Shown: piece by piece, positions 14,946 to 28,860 of the stretch
Layout of the letters: each line of letters starts with the position of its first letter
Position numbering within the stretch: the stretch's first letter is position 1
NCBI RefSeq assembly: GCF_009914755.1
Contig: NC_060927.1
DNA: 64,000 bases
Source of the DNA: the human T2T-CHM13v2.0 reference genome, Homo sapiens
Direction: 5' to 3' (one strand)
Made by a program: the position numbers and the translations under genes
The notes under the pieces: generated by a model
Databases searched by the model: none
What the model was told of the DNA's origin: nothing
The model's input: the letters and a program-made list of their open reading frames with translations, nothing else

Positions 14946-17879
14946 CAGGGAAAATCAGAGAAAGTTCTATCTATTACTTATTAATTTCAACTTAGTTAAC
15001 CCATAAAATTAAAATCATATTGTTGTTTACCTTCAAGGTTTTTTTAAAGATTATATGAGTTAACAAATAATACAGAAACTACTATATAGTAAATGCTGTT
15101 TAAATGGTATCTATTATTTATCATTTCACCAGTTGTTTTGTACTATATTCTACCATTACGTTATCTCCAACATTGTTTGCCAGTTTAATCACATACCCTT
15201 TTATGTTGCTGATTTACTACATTGTACTGTATACTCTCACAAATACATAAGCTTCATATGTATGGATAATTGTGAGAAAAATCATAGCTTTGAATACATG
15301 GCTCTTCTGTGTTTAACTAAACAATGTTAGAAGACTAGAACCATTCATGTCTGTTTTTCAACTGAATTGCTGAAGTGTTAAGTATCTATATGTCCAAATA
15401 AATAATACTTATTAAAAATGATGGACTGTAAGGTGTGTTTAAAAATATTGAAAGCATTAGCTATGATAGAATGTTTAGGATGAATTTGTGGTATATACTT
15501 AGAAACCTGTTATTAAAGAGGAAATAACAGTAACTCAGAAAAAACAAGTACTATAAAAAAAAAAAGAAAAGCAGTATACTCTCAAGCTCAGCTAACAAAT
15601 TACCAAATTATGTGCTATAACTAAGTTTAGACAACAGTGAAGCAAGGTATGTTTGTATTTGTGTATTCCTGTCTGTCATTGGGAATGATTAAGAGAGTTG
15701 AATATCATCATTCATAAAAGAACTTAGTACATATGACAAAAAAATCAAGAAATAGTAGTATAAGCATGTTATTTTTTCAAATTATCATTGTTGAACTACT
15801 TAACAGAAAAGCAGTTTGTTGCCCCTGGACAATATTTACCTATGGGGACTAACAGCTAGTATTTAAGCTATGTTCAAGCATTCCTTTAATAAAAGTAAAA
15901 GTTAAATAAAACTTTAAAAAATTACAATAAGTGATTACTTAGTGAAGGCTGTGGATAGTGAATGTGGACTTGTGGCTTGGAGTTAAATTTTCAGTAACAG
16001 TTTAATACATAGAATTTAAAAGCAATATATCTAAAACAATTTTAATGGATGGGAAGATGATATAATCCGAAAAATTGTTACAAGCCTCAAATGGCTCTAG
16101 GGATGACAAAGACATAGTCTTTACTTCATTTAACTAATTAAATATTTTTGGCATATATAACCTTCTTCTTATAGAATAATGTAATTCAAAGTTTCAAGAA
16201 TCCTTAAAAACAATCTGGCCCAGTCCCGTCTTCTATTCATGAGGAAACTTGTCCAGCAAGCAAATAACAGCACTGAGCCTGGAACGCAGTTATTCTGAAT
16301 CTTATCCCAGTGATCTTTTGAAATATCACTGTGATTATTGAGGTTACTTCCGTTTTTTGAAGAGGGTCTTCTCGGTAGCAAAATATAAAGGTCCAACATC
16401 AAAGGTAGAATAAGGTTTTCTATAAGGGGAAAGTATATTTTGAGAAATCCGTAGTGGGTTTATACTTTAAGAAATTTCAATGAAAGACTTTTCCAAATTA
16501 ATCCGTATAACTGTGGACTCTCGGGCTATGGAAGACATCCTTCAGTAAGTGAAATGATGATACATTAGCTACCTGGCTTTTATTTCAGAGGATTTCTGCC
16601 TAATGTACTCATATTTATGGTTAGAATCTTCACAAGTGGAAAGTCTTTTAAAATGGGGAGCAACTGTGTACCTTAGCTGACCCTCCATCATTCCTCAAGG
16701 TCCTCTTTAATGTGGTATTATGATATTATGATGGAAACGGTGTCTAAATCAACCATTGGGTAGGTGAGTATGGTCTAAATAAGGGATTCCATCCTATACA
16801 TGTCTGCCTCTTGTTTAATAGATGTAGCTTCCCGAATATATCATCCAGGTCCCTTATGTCTTCCCCTCTTTTGCACTGTTCTATTCATATTTTCAGATGC
16901 TTGGGACAAATAATCTAATGATAAAAACCAATTAACACATATTTTCTCATCATTCCTAGCAGACTACTTACTGCAATCTCCAGTCAAGTTTGAAAGACAT
17001 CACCTATAGGAATGAAAATCTGTTTTTACTGGTAGATAGAGTATAAAGCTGGTTAAAGGAGAAAATCCAGCAAGTTATTTGATTGACTGATGTGATAGGA
17101 ATTTTCATTATCCAAGAAGAACCTATAGGCTAGCTACTGTAATCACAGGACATACAGATGACCTGAACTACTCATTTGACATATAAACTATATCTTGTAT
17201 GGTCAATAATCTTTCCTATCCAATTGAGCTGTAGTGTCCTTGTGGGCGGAGACCTTGACCCAAAACTCTTCATATTTTGCATTTTACCAATTGAATCATG
17301 GACATTCAACAAATATCTATTGACTGATTGAACATTAAGATTTTACTGTATGCCATTTTCCTTTAAAATTATTGGCATATTGCTTTCTGAGGAAGCCTAT
17401 TTAATCTCTTGCTTTCATTTCTGTTTCCCGCTTCCTCGCCATTGTGATTGACTGCACCCCTCATTAGCTAATTGTAGAGTTAGGAAACTCTCAACTCTAC
17501 AGATGGGAACTGTGGATGATCCTTTTTAAAAATCTCTGCCTTCAGAATGGTAGCACTCTAAATAATAACTAGCAAGAAAGCAAATGTTTATGTTGTTCTT
17601 ACACTTAGGAGGAAAGAAACTTATTCACAGTTATGCTATCACAAAAGACTTCTGAATTAACACTAGTGAAACGTAGCCTTCCGACAAAGTCTCAGCTCTG
17701 AAACCTGTGCTATCCTTTACATTATGAGTATTACAGATTCTGCACCTTGGCTTACTGGCACCTGGCTTCACTTCTGCAGAAGGACAACATGAAAAGCCAA
17801 GTTAGAGAGAAAGGAGTCACCATCAGGATGTTATCTCACACTTGAAAAGACACAATACTTTTAGAAGAGTTCATTACCT

Positions 17880-18490
17880 TTAGAAACTAGTTCAGTATTT
17901 GAAGTATGAAGACATAGATTTAAATACTGGCTCTATTGATTTCTAGATATTTAACCTTGGACGAGTTTCATAGCCTCTCATATTCTAATTGCCAAAGCTC
18001 TAATTTTATAGAGGATGATGATGCCTGACTCCCAGCCATGTTATAAGGATTAAATGAGAAGTGAATGTAAGATCACGTGGCAGGTCCACAAGAGATGTTA
18101 GCTGCCTTTATTCTTTCATTTACATACTAGCTGTTGATTGGCTGCCTGCTCTGGTGGTTCACTATTCTATGTGCCTCTAAAATGTCAATCAAGAATACAA
18201 AGATTCCTACCTTCATAAAGTTAAAAATCTATTTGGTGGGGGCCAGGAGGCAGAATTTGAATCCAAGTTTAAACAACGATGATAGTTAATGCTCACATAC
18301 AAAACAAGCCAGTGGACCTTCACAGCACACTTGTAAGAAAGATAGGGCTTCTGGCATGATCCCTAACCTACAAGCAAGCAAACATGTTTACAGAGATTAA
18401 GTGTCTTTCCCAAAGTGAGGTAATTTGTAGTAAATCCAGGAAGAACTCAGTGTGCGTGAATCCGTGTTTTCCCACTCTGTCTTGCTGCTA
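17880..18490. mobile_element. Two MIR fragments in opposite orientation
   Basis: tttaaatactggctct..accttggacgagttt..aggattaaatgaga; agagattaagtgtctttcccaaagt. Confidence 0.55.
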
Positions 18491-18716
18491 TGAGGCTTTG
18501 AAAAACATACTCTGTTGGAAGTATTCTTAGTAATTAGAGATGTAGTCAACTTGCTAACCAGAGGAGAAAAGCAAAAAAGGTAAAATAGATATTATGTCCT
18601 TCAGGGGATTGCATTTTAAGCAGATCTTCATACAGGAAAATAAAATCTTTTTAGGTCTTTCCCTTCTTGAAAGTCATTCTCACCCTCCTCGTAGACTTCA
18701 GAATCAAGTCCAGAAT

Positions 18717-19018
18717 TTTTTTTTTTTTTTTTTTTTCAGACGGAGTCTTGCTCATTGTCCAGGCTGGAGTGCAGTGATGCACGATCTCGGCTCACTGCAA
18801 CCTCCGCCTCCTGGGTTCAAGCCATTCTCCTGCCTCAGCCTCCCTAGTAGCTGGGACTACAGGCATGTGCCACCACACCCAACTAATTTTTTCTATTTTT
18901 AGTAGAGATGGGGTTTTGCCGTGTTAGCCAGGATGGTCTTGATCTCATGACTTCGTGATCCACCCACCTCGGCCTCCCAAAGTGCTGGGATTACAGGCAT
19001 GAGCCACCATGCCTGGCC
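18717..19018 (-). mobile_element. AluSc/Y-like element
   Basis: Antisense dimer; 13-bp TSD tcaagtccagaat at 18704-18716 and 19019-19031. Confidence 0.95.
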
Positions 19019-19399
19019 TCAAGTCCAGAATCTTTAATATACGTTCAAAGATGATTGGAGACCAGGCTCTTGATTTACCTTCCAGCCTCTTTCCCCCTCA
19101 GCCTATAACTCCCAAACTCAGGCTGCGCTGTGCTGTCTTTAACAAAGATAGCTATGACGTTTCAACTTTGTGCCAGTACCTAAGCTCAGTGCTTTCCATG
19201 CATTCTCACTAATCCTTACCATAAGTTTGGCAGATAGATATCTTGCTGCTCTTTTATAGATGGACCACACAGCTGGAGAGTGGGAAGTCTAGGAATAGAG
19301 CACAAGTTAGATTCTGCAGTCTACGCTTTTCATTTTCTTGCACTGCTGTAACTTAAAGGTTCTCACAGCTTCTTGCCAGTTTGTTTTCCTTGTCACTTG

Positions 19400-19730
19400 G
19401 CTCAGAATGGCCTTCCTCCCTCTTATTTATCCTTTAAGAATCAGTTCAAAATGGTAGCCCCTTTGAGGAGCTTTCTTGAAACTCCTGCCCTACCCTACCT
19501 CCCAGCTCAGTTCAGTGATAATCTTTTGGTTCCTTAACATCTTGTTCTTAATAAACTTACTGCACACATTGCACCGAATTATAATGACTGGTTTATTAGC
19601 ACCTCCTGCTAAGTAAACTGTGAGCTCCTTGAGGACAAGACCCGCACCTCCCTAACCTCTGCACACCCAGCACCTAGCACCGTGCCTGCCACATGGTAAA
19701 CACGATTACTTTTTTTGTTGAGCTGAATTA
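19400..19730. mobile_element. L2 3' end
   Basis: aaactgtgagctccttgaggacaagacc...cccagcacctagcaccgtgcctgccacatggta. Confidence 0.7.
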
Positions 19731-19950
19731 GTACTGTTTGGATACCAGCAACATTTTAATTCAGCAGAGTGTTCAAAACAAATAAATACATGACCAGGCC
19801 CTGCATGTAGATTCTTGGAAACCAGGACTCTTAAGGGAAAACTGATTCATGCTTTTGTTTTCAGCACTTTGTACTGAGGTCTTCAGTGTCACTGTTAGTA
19901 TGAGAATTGTTTGAAGGGTTGAGGGAAGTTTTGTTCTGTGCAAGAATGTG

Positions 19951-19977
19951 AAAAAAAAAAAAAAAAAAAAAAAAAAA
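19951..19977. repeat. A27 homopolymer
   Basis: Direct read. Confidence 0.95.
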
Positions 19978-21084
19978 CACCCTGTACAATTCTCAGTTAT
20001 TCATCTCCTCCTGGCTCAATGAGAGAAAGCAACCGAGGCCTGTTTTATTGTGTAGCTTCCTTCTTAGGATTTACGAGTCTCATTCTTGGGCAGGATCTCA
20101 AAATGAGTGCTGAGTACACTACCTTTGCTACAGCCACTGTTGGATAAGCCAGAGAGAGCTCACAGCTGCAGGGGAGATCTATTGCCACCATAACTCTTGG
20201 CTCATCCTGCAGCTTTCTTTCTGACTCTGACAGAAAAATTGAAATTATGAAACTTCGTATCCTGCACCAGAGTCCCACATGAGATTCATGAATCTTCAGC
20301 TCCCTTCAGAAAACCGGATGCTTTGGTTACCACTGCCCACTGACAAATTACTGTCCACGACCCCATTATTTCTGATTAGCAAAGGTGAACCTTACCTACC
20401 TGAATGTAAATAAATGCCAATAGGATTCGTGAAATTCTTCATCCTTAAAAATCTACAGCCCTTAATAGAACATGCACTGTAAATACTATCATATCATGAA
20501 CTAAATCTTTATCAGGTAATTGGATACATTTCCTAAGCTAATTTTAATTGCTTCCAGAAACTGCTTAACATTGTAGATCAATCCCGAGGTCCGAGATGAC
20601 ATTTCTCTCACAAAATTAATTATTAATACCCTGATCATTTGCTTAAGACATTAATAGTTTTCATTGATCAGCACGTCCTGTTGATCTAAAATGGCCTAAT
20701 CACCATGCATGTCAGAAGAGTATCTGAACATATCCAATTAGAGATACGGCCAGCTTTCTGCCACATCAGCAGATCCGAAGTTAAGAGTCCCTTTTGTCTT
20801 CACAATATATTAAGTCCAGCTCTATCAGAAACTAAGCTATTTAAGGGCACAAAAGAAAGGCGAGTTCTCTAATGATGCTTGTTCATTTTCTGTTAGCTCC
20901 CTGGTAAACATACAGGCTTTGCAGTGATCACATGGTGTAAATTAACGCTAAGAGCCCATTATTAAGTAGCTTGTGTTGGCCCATGTTTTCATGTAAGCCT
21001 GTGTTTGCTCACAGTGTTTTTCTTATAAGTGGGAGTAAGATGAGAAACTTCAGGTTATTTTCAGCTTAAAAATATTGGGGCTCC

Positions 21085-21170
21085 CACAGTGTGTACATAT
21101 ATCAAAATATCACATTGTATACCATAAATATATACAATTATTATTTGTCAATTTAAAAATAATATAAATG
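21085..21170 (+). mobile_element. L1MA-like extreme 3' end
   Basis: gtgtacatatatcaaaatatcacattgtataccataaatatatacaattattatttgtcaatt. Confidence 0.75.
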
Positions 21171-21812
21171 TAATATATTTTTTTACATGAAAGCTAAAAT
21201 AACAAGTTGAGACCACAGTAACATCTGGCAATGTAGGGTGCTGCAGAGTTTTCAAAGAAGTTTCATTTACTTAACCAGGAGTTTTCCCTTGAAACAAGAT
21301 TCAGAGAGAGGCTAGGTGGAGTGGTCTACCTAGGACCACATAACAAGTTCCTGCCAGAGTTGTAAATAGAATGAGATCTCCCGGTTCCATAAATTTCTGG
21401 TTTATTTGATTGACTGATGAATAGGTAGCACTCTGCTCATCTTTCAGACCCCAAGGGAAGCTCACCTGCTTTGTGAAGATTGCCAAACAAAAAGTTTCCT
21501 CCTTCCTTGATAACGGGATATCATATTGCAATTATATGAAATTCTCAGTAACAGCCCCTACTGGATAAAGAGACTCTAGAGGATAGAGACTGTGCCTTGT
21601 TCCTCTTGATGGGCCCAGTGCTTCACCTTGCGTCTGGCAAGCAGAAGATGCTTCACATATACATTCACACATGGCGGGCTGGCAGGATGGGTGGGAGAAG
21701 GGATGAGTGGATGAGAGGAACCACAGTTGAGAGTTCTGTTTTACTAACTTCATGTTGCAATCCTTCAGCACCAGAGGGAAATTTGGCTTTACTTGAGTCA
21801 TACAGTGTTTAA

Positions 21813-22113
<301 letters not shown>

Positions 22114-23050
22114 TAAAAAGTATTTTGAACTAATTTTCAATACTTAAAACTTAGGAGATTTTCAAAATACAGTTATATTTTCAACTTTTCTTTGAAAAGT
22201 CGTAGATGCCCCTGCAACCCTGGATCTGTGTTCCACATTACCCATCTGCTTGAGCTGAGGGGCACCTGTTCCCTTAAGCAAGGACATGCCTCCATTCCTC
22301 AGAATAACAGTGTCTGCCCACAGCTTCACTCAGTTACTCACTTTGTAGCTTTTGGTAAAGGTAATGAGTGGCCTCTCTTCACTGCAGAATTCTCCTAATT
22401 CAGTATTCTTGGCTAACAGAAGTATTAGTGTTCCTAATCATGTTCTGGATATATCCAAATGAACCTAGTAGGCAGCTACTGATAGCTGTTTGGATTTCTC
22501 TCATTAGACACTGGAGCTGCATACTTCTGTGGCATGTTAGAAGTGAAACACGGGGCAGAGGGGAAAAATTGTTTGAGTTAATGGGGTAGTCACCATTTTC
22601 CCACACGATATAACTCCATTGGAAAAATTGGGAATTTCTACCTGAGGTCCACCAGTGTTAAGCCTATCTTGTTCTGTGGCAGTTCTGTATTTGCTTTTTT
22701 TTAACTAATTGGAAAATAAATAAGAACAGGATCTGGACAAAGAGAGACCTTGCAAAGCATAGTGCATTCCCCTGCCTTCAGGTTGGTTCATGCCTAATCA
22801 GAAACTGTTCTTGTCTTCACTCAGAAGCCACAGGGACACTTCAGCTCCAATCCCTGCCCAATTATTATCTGCAAGAAAAAAATAGGAGTCTTATTAGCTT
22901 TATATTCATAATTTAACATGTCCCTTTCTTCCCCTCCAATGGTACTTTCCCGCAAGTGAGTTTTATTGATATTTGAGTAAAGATAAACTTGCAGAGACCA
23001 CAAGGAGAAATATTCCCAAATCTCATTGTAATGTCTCTTCTTTCCCACAG

Positions 23051-23193
23051 ATTAAAGGTTATACAAAACTTAAAAGAAGCAGCAATTCTATTCGCTTGTT
23101 ATTGGACTTGAAACTCCCTTTGACCTCGGAAACTGAAGATGAGGTTGCCATGGGAACTGCTGGTACTGCAATCATTCATTTTGTGCCTTGCAG
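23051..23193 (+). other. CNTN4: CNTN4 start-codon exon, 143 nt (88 nt 5' UTR + 55 nt CDS)
   Basis: Acceptor tgtctcttctttcccacag| ends at 23050; donor gt at 23194-23195; ATG at 23139 with A at -3. Confidence 0.92.
23139..23193 (+). CDS. CNTN4: Contactin-4 first coding segment (signal peptide, 18 codons + 1 nt, phase-1 intron follows)
   Basis: ATG AGG TTG CCA TGG GAA CTG CTG GTA CTG CAA TCA TTC ATT TTG TGC CTT GCA G translates to MRLPWELLVLQSFILCLA, which I recognise as the contactin-4 N-terminus; ends at donor CAG|gtagag. Confidence 0.96.
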
Positions 23194-23740
23194 GTAGAGT
23201 GTCATTTTAAAACTTTTTGATTTAGAAATGCCACTGTATTTCACACTAATTCAAAAGTGGGCCTTCACTTTAGACGGCAATGATAAAATCGCAAGAGTAT
23301 ATGCTGCTATGACTAGCATTTGCTGACACTGTTGAATATACCTTCCTGATGGTCTTTTAGTGACTCTTTTCATGGTGTTGTATCCAGAGATAGACACCGA
23401 TGTTTCACCTGTCTATCTGGTCCTTTTAGAGTCGTTTGAGCCATTATTTAGTTTGAAAGTTGTTATTTTTGCTCATCCCAGTGCCCAGTTGCACAGAGAT
23501 ATTGGGCAATAAAACTGATAATATAGTCTGGAGTGTTGCCTACTTTCATTTCAGTGGATGGACATTTATCTGGATAGCTCTTTCAGTGTCTTTGTTGATA
23601 CCACTCCATCTTCTGATACTGACTCTCTTTTTCATTTCAATGTACTACAGTTTAGTAGGAACTAGAAAGCAAAACACAGGAGGTTTTTACCATATACTCA
23701 TGGCCAACTACTAGAAAAGGGATTTGGAAAGTTCAAACAT

Positions 23741-24065
<325 letters not shown>

Positions 24066-24319
24066 CTATTGCTTTCTCCATTTTCTGGAAGATATGAGTC
24101 TAGCAGTTGACATACATCATTCAAGTGCTGGTGCATCAGAAGTCCAGCATGCAGCGGGAATTGGTTTGCAGCTTGGGCTGCTGTGTATCATTCCACGCCC
24201 CTTTGAAATTAGTCTAGTTGACTTGTTTTGTTATTCAGAGTGTCAAGTCCAAGAGGGACACCTGAATATATTTGCATTTTTACAACATGAAGCAAAAATG
24301 ACTTTTGGATCACCATTAC

Positions 24320-24780
24320 TTTGATGTATGCATTCACTCAAATAATGTTACTGAGTACCGTGTCACAAGCCAGCCCTGTACTGGGATCTGGGAATATAAT
24401 CCTGATCAAAACAGACATGCTACTGCTCTCTTAGAGCTCTATTAACTGAGTGCTGTAACTTCTGACAACTTGTTGTAGTAGATTATTTGCAATTGCTATA
24501 AAATCAAAAATAATAATGGTAGTACTGACATGTATAGATCACTCATTCTATGCTAGGCAATATGCTAAGCACGTGGTATCCTTTATCCAATTTCTTTCTT
24601 CCACGACCCTTAAGAAGTAAGCATTTATCATTTATTTCACTGTATTAACTATGAATATTAATATTATGACTGAAGCATCAGGAAGTTAAGAAACTCACCC
24701 AAATTCACAAAGCCAGTAAGTGGTCGAGCTAAGATGTAAACCGAAGCCGACTATAGTCTTGCCTGTTCATAGCGTATGGT
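24320..24780. mobile_element. L2 and MIR fragments
   Basis: cattcactcaaataatgttactgagtacc (L2); gaagttaagaaactcacccaaattcaca (MIR). Confidence 0.6.
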
Positions 24781-25569
24781 CTTTTAGTTGTCTTGAGGAT
24801 TTGGCAAGTTTATGGTTGCAAATTTAGTTCTGAGATTTTTGTTTTCATTCTTCCTATGTTTTTCTAAATGTAAACCCTCATTTACTTATACATCTTTTAA
24901 TAGTCTACCTTCATGTTTCAAACTTCTTGCCTTAGTTGAGTTCACGTCTTCCCCGCTGCATGATTGTGAACATCTTGGCATCCCTCTTAGTGATATTATT
25001 TATTTCCCCCATCTGGTCAGAGCCTTCATCTTCCTCCCAGCAGTATGCCCAGGCTCTAATACCTCAGTTGTTTTTCTCTGGGACCTTGACCCTCCTAAGG
25101 GATTCGACTGACACTTTAGAGTTTTAACTTCTCATAATGACTCTGGTATAAACGTACTCTTTAAGCCATAAAGCAGTGAATTGATTTCTCATATTTGGCT
25201 ACAGCATAATGTTTATTTAACCCAATGTGCTAAGTAAATATCAAGATATGAAAGGGTTAAAAATCAAGAAAGCCACTACTCTCTTCAGTAGTGTTTTGAA
25301 AAACTTGGGGGAATTCTCACCTAAGGTGTGTGTGTAACTGTATCTATTTTATTCACTTAGCTTTTTATAGAGAATCAGTGTATTGATTGTTTTTGTGAGG
25401 CTTTTTTGTGACCTGTTTTACACGGCATTAATATTCTCTTACCATATGCCTTCTTCAGTGTAGGAAAGTCAAGCTTTAATTAATGTTTTTGTTTTCTTGC
25501 TATTTGTCTTGATTTCATTAATTTACATAGCACTCCACTCGCTGAATTTTGATTTTTTAAACTGCTTTA

Positions 25570-25934
<365 letters not shown>

Positions 25935-26664
25935 TCAGGCTGAGGTTTCTTGGTGAGTTTTTGGTAAGGGATATGTTTACAGCTGTTATGTTTACCATAA
26001 TTAGTGACTCTCACATATGCCTTTTCCTGATCTTTTTCTTCCCCAAGTAAGACAGGATCCAAATATACAAGCAGGCTCATCCTGCAAGGGATGCAACTGA
26101 TAAGATCTGTTAATTATTTGAGGGCATTTATTAGTACTTTATGGTACAATGGGAATGTTCTTTTTTGCCAGATGACTCAGTGTCTGGCAATAATTTTCAA
26201 ATAAACCAAAACTATTGATGCCAGTAATCTAAAAGTTCAGCCACAATGAAAATTGGCTTCATTATTCTTCTTCTTCACCAATTTAAACTCAAGATCATAA
26301 AACCCTGCTACCTAAAAAAGCAAGGAAGCTAACAAATGAGTAAAATGTTCTTACAGAAGTAAAAGTGTACAGTGCAACAGAGAATGTTAGTGACTATGGA
26401 AAACTAGAAAACAACATGCCCCACTAAAATATTAATCTGTGCCCGGCTCTACTCCTTTGTGACAAGTCTCCCAGTCTTTTTTTTTCAATCTACAAACTCC
26501 TAATTCTCTAGGATTTCCATAATGTTAATGAATAAAATTTAAATTGGTTTTAAAAGTAAAAATAAAGGGCCTGTATAAAGCAAACCAAAATGGTCTGCAG
26601 GCTAGATGCAGTTCCTAGTCCACCACTTTGTGACACTTTATTTCAAATGTTTGCTTTACAATAA

Positions 26665-26865
26665 ACTATTAGTATATTTTAAAATAGGTAGAAGAGAAGA
26701 ATTCTAATATTTCTACCATAAAGATAAACAAATATTTAAGGTTCTGGATATCCCAATTATACAGATTTGATCTTTTCAAATTATATGAATATGTTAAATT
26801 ATCATATGTATCCCCAAAATATGTACATCTATTGTATAAAAATAAAAAGTAATTAAAAAAAATAA
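26665..26865 (+). mobile_element. L1MA 3' end fragment
   Basis: ggatatcccaattatacagatttgatc...gtatccccaaaatatgtacatctatt; an Alu sits in its A-tail. Confidence 0.8.
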
Positions 26866-27219
<354 letters not shown>

Positions 27220-27440
27220 TCAAGAATGCTCTTGCCTTAAATGTCCCCAGGACCCACCGTCTAACCTTCTTTATATCTGTGCTCAAATGTCACCTAATTG
27301 GTGAGGCTTTTCCTGAACACAGTAAATACATTAAAATGGCAATATTTATTTTGACCAATATCTTCTATGCTTTTTATTGCTTGATTTCTCCTCAAAGCTC
27401 TCATCAATATCTGAATAATGATATATTTTGCTTTCTTCTT

Positions 27441-27760
27441 CTTCTTTTTTTTTTTTTTTTTTTGTGAGAGAGAGTCTGGCTCTGCTGCCCAGGCTGGAGT
27501 GCAGGGGTGTGATCTCGGCTCACTGCAAGCTCCACCTATCGGGTCCACACCATTCTCCTGCATCAGCCTCCCGAGTAAGTCTTCCAAGTAGCTGGGACTA
27601 CAGGCACATGCCACCATGCCTGGCTAATTTTTTTGTATTTTTAGTAGAGACAGGGTTTCACCATGTTAGCCAGGATGGTCTCGATCTCCTGACCTTGTGA
27701 TCTGCCCACCTCGGCCTCCCAGAGTGCTGGAATTACAGGCGTGAGCCACCACGCCCAGCC
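27441..27760 (-). mobile_element. AluY-like, inserted in an L2
   Basis: gcaagctcc, cattctcc, ttagccaggatggtctcgatctc diagnostics; TSD gctttcttctt at 27430-27440 and 27761-27771; L2 text on both sides (about 27180-27915). Confidence 0.93.
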
Positions 27761-28087
27761 GCTTTCTTCTTTTTATACAAAATAACTTTCCCTACTAGAC
27801 TGTAAGGTTTATTTGGGTAGATATTTCTGTCCTTTTAGTTCACTGCTGTATTCCCAGCATCCAGAAAATGTCTGGCACATAGTGCAATTCAATAAATATT
27901 TTTCAAATGAATGAATGCTGCAGCCTGGCCAGTCATGAGAGAAAGAGACTAGATCTCCAGTTTCAAGCTGTGCTATAGACCCCGGGTGCTTTGTAGTCAC
28001 CCTGATACCAACTCTATGGACTAGCAATACTATGATGCTAATCCATACATGTTTTTCAAAAGTCGATGTAAATATCTAAAGTATTAA

Positions 28088-28473
<386 letters not shown>

Positions 28474-28499
28474 ACGCCTCGCCCATTTCTGACTTTAAC

Positions 28500-28860
28500 T
28501 ATAGCTGGGGTAGAACTGTTCCCCTGTTGTATTTTTCTGCCTCAAGTCTTTATCTGAGTCACAAGCAAGGAGAACTATGGGAAGTTAACCCCGTCCTTAG
28601 GGGCAGCCTTCAGCTAAGAGGGCATGAGAATCAGTAGATAAATGCCTCTGTCTCCTGTCCTTTGGGAAGTCAATTCTCAGGCATATTTAACATACTTTCT
28701 TAGGGGTTCAAGGCTGGATTGAGTCTCAGTTTCCCACAATAACTCCTTCTACTTTTTTCTTCTTTACTTCTGCTTCTTGGTATCACCTCCTAAATAAACT
28801 AAACTGCTTGGAAGTCCTGCTCTTAGCCTCTACTTTTAGGGGAGTCCAAACCAGCTAATA
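28500..28860 (+). mobile_element. LTR16-like ERVL LTR fragment
   Basis: tatgggaagttaacccc...gggcagcc...ctcctaaataaact...cttagcctctacttttaggggagtccaaac. Confidence 0.6.

Noticed and set aside
19951-19977. Orphan A27 (also A-runs near 34528, 40408 and 62615) as tails of processed pseudogenes or orphan transductions
   Set aside because: I found no flanking TSD or upstream mRNA-like body, unlike the T29 at 51305.
22973-23197. 74-aa ORF overlapping the CNTN4 exon
   Set aside because: It starts in the intron at a non-ATG codon and is out of frame with the recognisable signal peptide; only its internal ATG is kept as a finding.
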